From: Longimicrobiales bacterium
GTDB taxonomy: Bacteria > Gemmatimonadota > Gemmatimonadetes > Longimicrobiales > Gaopeijiaceae
DNA: 64,000 bases
Assembly: GCA_965116905.1 (NCBI GenBank)
Contig: OZ220732.1
Span: 2,400,001 to 2,464,000 of the forward strand
Direction of reading: 5' to 3'
Position 1 is the first letter of the stretch. The number at the start of each line of letters is the position of its first letter. A model generated the notes under the pieces. It did no database searches. It was not told the origin of the DNA and worked only from the letters and a program-made list of their open reading frames with translations. This document shows positions 62,616 through 64,000 of this stretch, piece by piece. The position numbers and the translations under genes were made by a program.

Positions 62616-63680
62616 TTGAGCGACGCCTGGAGAACCAGCTTTGACCTGGACGGTCGTCCCGCGGCGCGGGTGGCCTGGCTGCCCGCGGCTCCGACCGCCG
62701 ACAATGCGGCGCACCAGCCGTGGCGTGCGGCCGTGGGTCCGGCGAGGGTTGGCAACGCAGCGCCCGCTGCCCCCGGCGCTCCCGTGCATTGGCCTCTGGC
62801 CGTGGTGGTCTGGAACGCACGCGTGGGTGGCGGAGCGATGCGGGCCTTCCGGGACCACCTTCTGACGGGCTCGCCGATGGTGCTGCTGCTGCAGGAGGTT
62901 TTCGCGACCGGGGCCACTACGGGGGTCACTGCGGGGGCCGCTGCGGGGGCTGGTGCGGGGGCCGCTGGGGTCAGCCTGCCCTCTGGCGATGCGCGTTGGG
63001 CCGCTCGGATCGCCGACCGCCCCGAGGAGGAGGATCGCACCGACATCGTTACGTTCGCGCTTGAGGCGGGCCTCTCGTTGCTGTACGTGCCTTCCATGCG
63101 GAACGGTGGTCCGGACGGCACCCCCGATGGCGATGCTCCCGAAGACAGGGGGTGTGCGATCCTGGCCAACGTGCCGCTGGCCCGGCCGCGAGCGATCGAG
63201 CTGCCCTTCGAGCGCCAGCGCCGGGTCGCGGTCGCCGCCAGCGTGACCCTGGAGGATCACACGATCGATCTCTGCTCGGTGCACCTGGACAACCGGGCGC
63301 CGTGGAGCCGGGCCTGGCGCACCCTGGGAGCCGCCCGCCGCCGCCAGATGGCCGGGCTTCTCGATGTGTTCCCGGCGGACGACCGCGCCCAGGCGCATGT
63401 CCTCGGCGGTGACCTGAATACCTGGGTCGGTGGTCGCCGCGAGAGCGCCTATCGCCTTGCCAGGCAGTGTTTTCCACTGCCCGACCGCCCCGACTCCAGA
63501 CCCACGCATCATTTCGAGATCGGCGGCTGGTTGCGGCATTCCGACCACCTCATGTTCCGGCTGCCTTCCAAATGGCGCGGCGAATACCGTCGCCTGGACG
63601 ACACCTTCGGGTCCGATCACTATCCGCTGGTGGGGACGGTGCGCCCGGAGGTGCACGGCGCGGCAAGGGGCAGCATATGA
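62616..63680 (+). CDS. Endonuclease/exonuclease/phosphatase (EEP) family protein (start uncertain)
   Basis: VVWN, LLLQE, SVHLD, GGDLN, GSDHYP. Confidence 0.85.
   Translation: MSDAWRTSFDLDGRPAARVAWLPAAPTADNAAHQPWRAAVGPARVGNAAPAAPGAPVHWPLAVVVWNARVGGGAMRAFRDHLLTGSPMVLLLQEVFATGATTGVTAGAAAGAGAGAAGVSLPSGDARWAARIADRPEEEDRTDIVTFALEAGLSLLYVPSMRNGGPDGTPDGDAPEDRGCAILANVPLARPRAIELPFERQRRVAVAASVTLEDHTIDLCSVHLDNRAPWSRAWRTLGAARRRQMAGLLDVFPADDRAQAHVLGGDLNTWVGGRRESAYRLARQCFPLPDRPDSRPTHHFEIGGWLRHSDHLMFRLPSKWRGEYRRLDDTFGSDHYPLVGTVRPEVHGAARGSI
62909..62968. repeat. In-frame 12-bp degenerate repeat x5 in the EEP gene
   Basis: CGGGGCCACTAC GGGGGTCACTGC GGGGGCCGCTGC GGGGGCTGGTGC GGGGGCCGCTGG. Confidence 0.8.
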
Positions 63681-64000
63681 ATCGGGATTCCAGGAAAACC
63701 GCAGAAAAGTCGCGTCAGGTCGGCGCATCGGCGACTCCTGGCGCGACCGTGATCGCGCTGGTGGTCGCACTTTGGTCGTGTGGCGACTCAACCGGGCATA
63801 GGGAGGTCCCGCCACTTGCATCTCTATCGCCTGATCCGATCTGGGCAGTGGGCAGCGCCGATGGTCCCGACGCAGAGGTCTTTTGGCGGATATCGGGCGC
63901 GAGGCGGTTGGCGGACGGCAGTGTTGTTGCAGGCATCGAAGGATTCCACGAAATCCGGAAGTTCGGGCCGGACGGCACCCTCCGCTGGACGGCTGGCCGC
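63677..64000 (+). CDS. Six-bladed beta-propeller-type lipoprotein; N-terminal part, runs off right edge
   Basis: Manual translation MNRDSRK...VVALWSCGDS...VGSADGPDAEVFWRISGARRLADGSVV...EIRKFGPDGTLRWTAGR; ATG overlaps EEP stop. Confidence 0.65.
   Translation, partial: MNRDSRKTAEKSRQVGASATPGATVIALVVALWSCGDSTGHREVPPLASLSPDPIWAVGSADGPDAEVFWRISGARRLADGSVVAGIEGFHEIRKFGPDGTLRWTAGR

Overview
GC-rich bacterial DNA. The gene content (SusC/SusD pairs outside Bacteroidota, six-bladed propeller lipoproteins, choice-of-anchor B, CocE/NonD, many TRAP systems) suggests Gemmatimonadota, possibly host-associated; this is inference. The window is mostly uptake and catabolism. It holds two SusC/SusD loci, three TRAP transporters, two paralogous CocE/NonD hydrolases, an acyl-CoA module, katG, M28/M16/S41 peptidases and gpmI. 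Accessory elements: a stand-alone ERG4/ERG24-family sterol reductase coupled to a Tat-type flavin-reductase lipoprotein; an m6A methyltransferase with an atypical PD-(D/E)XK nuclease; two toxin-antitoxin loci (HicB, HigA) with promoter/operator kept but toxin deleted or truncated; and an AKR and an M16 subunit with substituted catalytic residues. Short tandem micro-duplications (9-22 bp units) and A/T-shifted synonymous patches recur inside and between genes. No rRNA, tRNA, CRISPR array or intact transposase was recognised. All assignments come from motif reading, not database searches.
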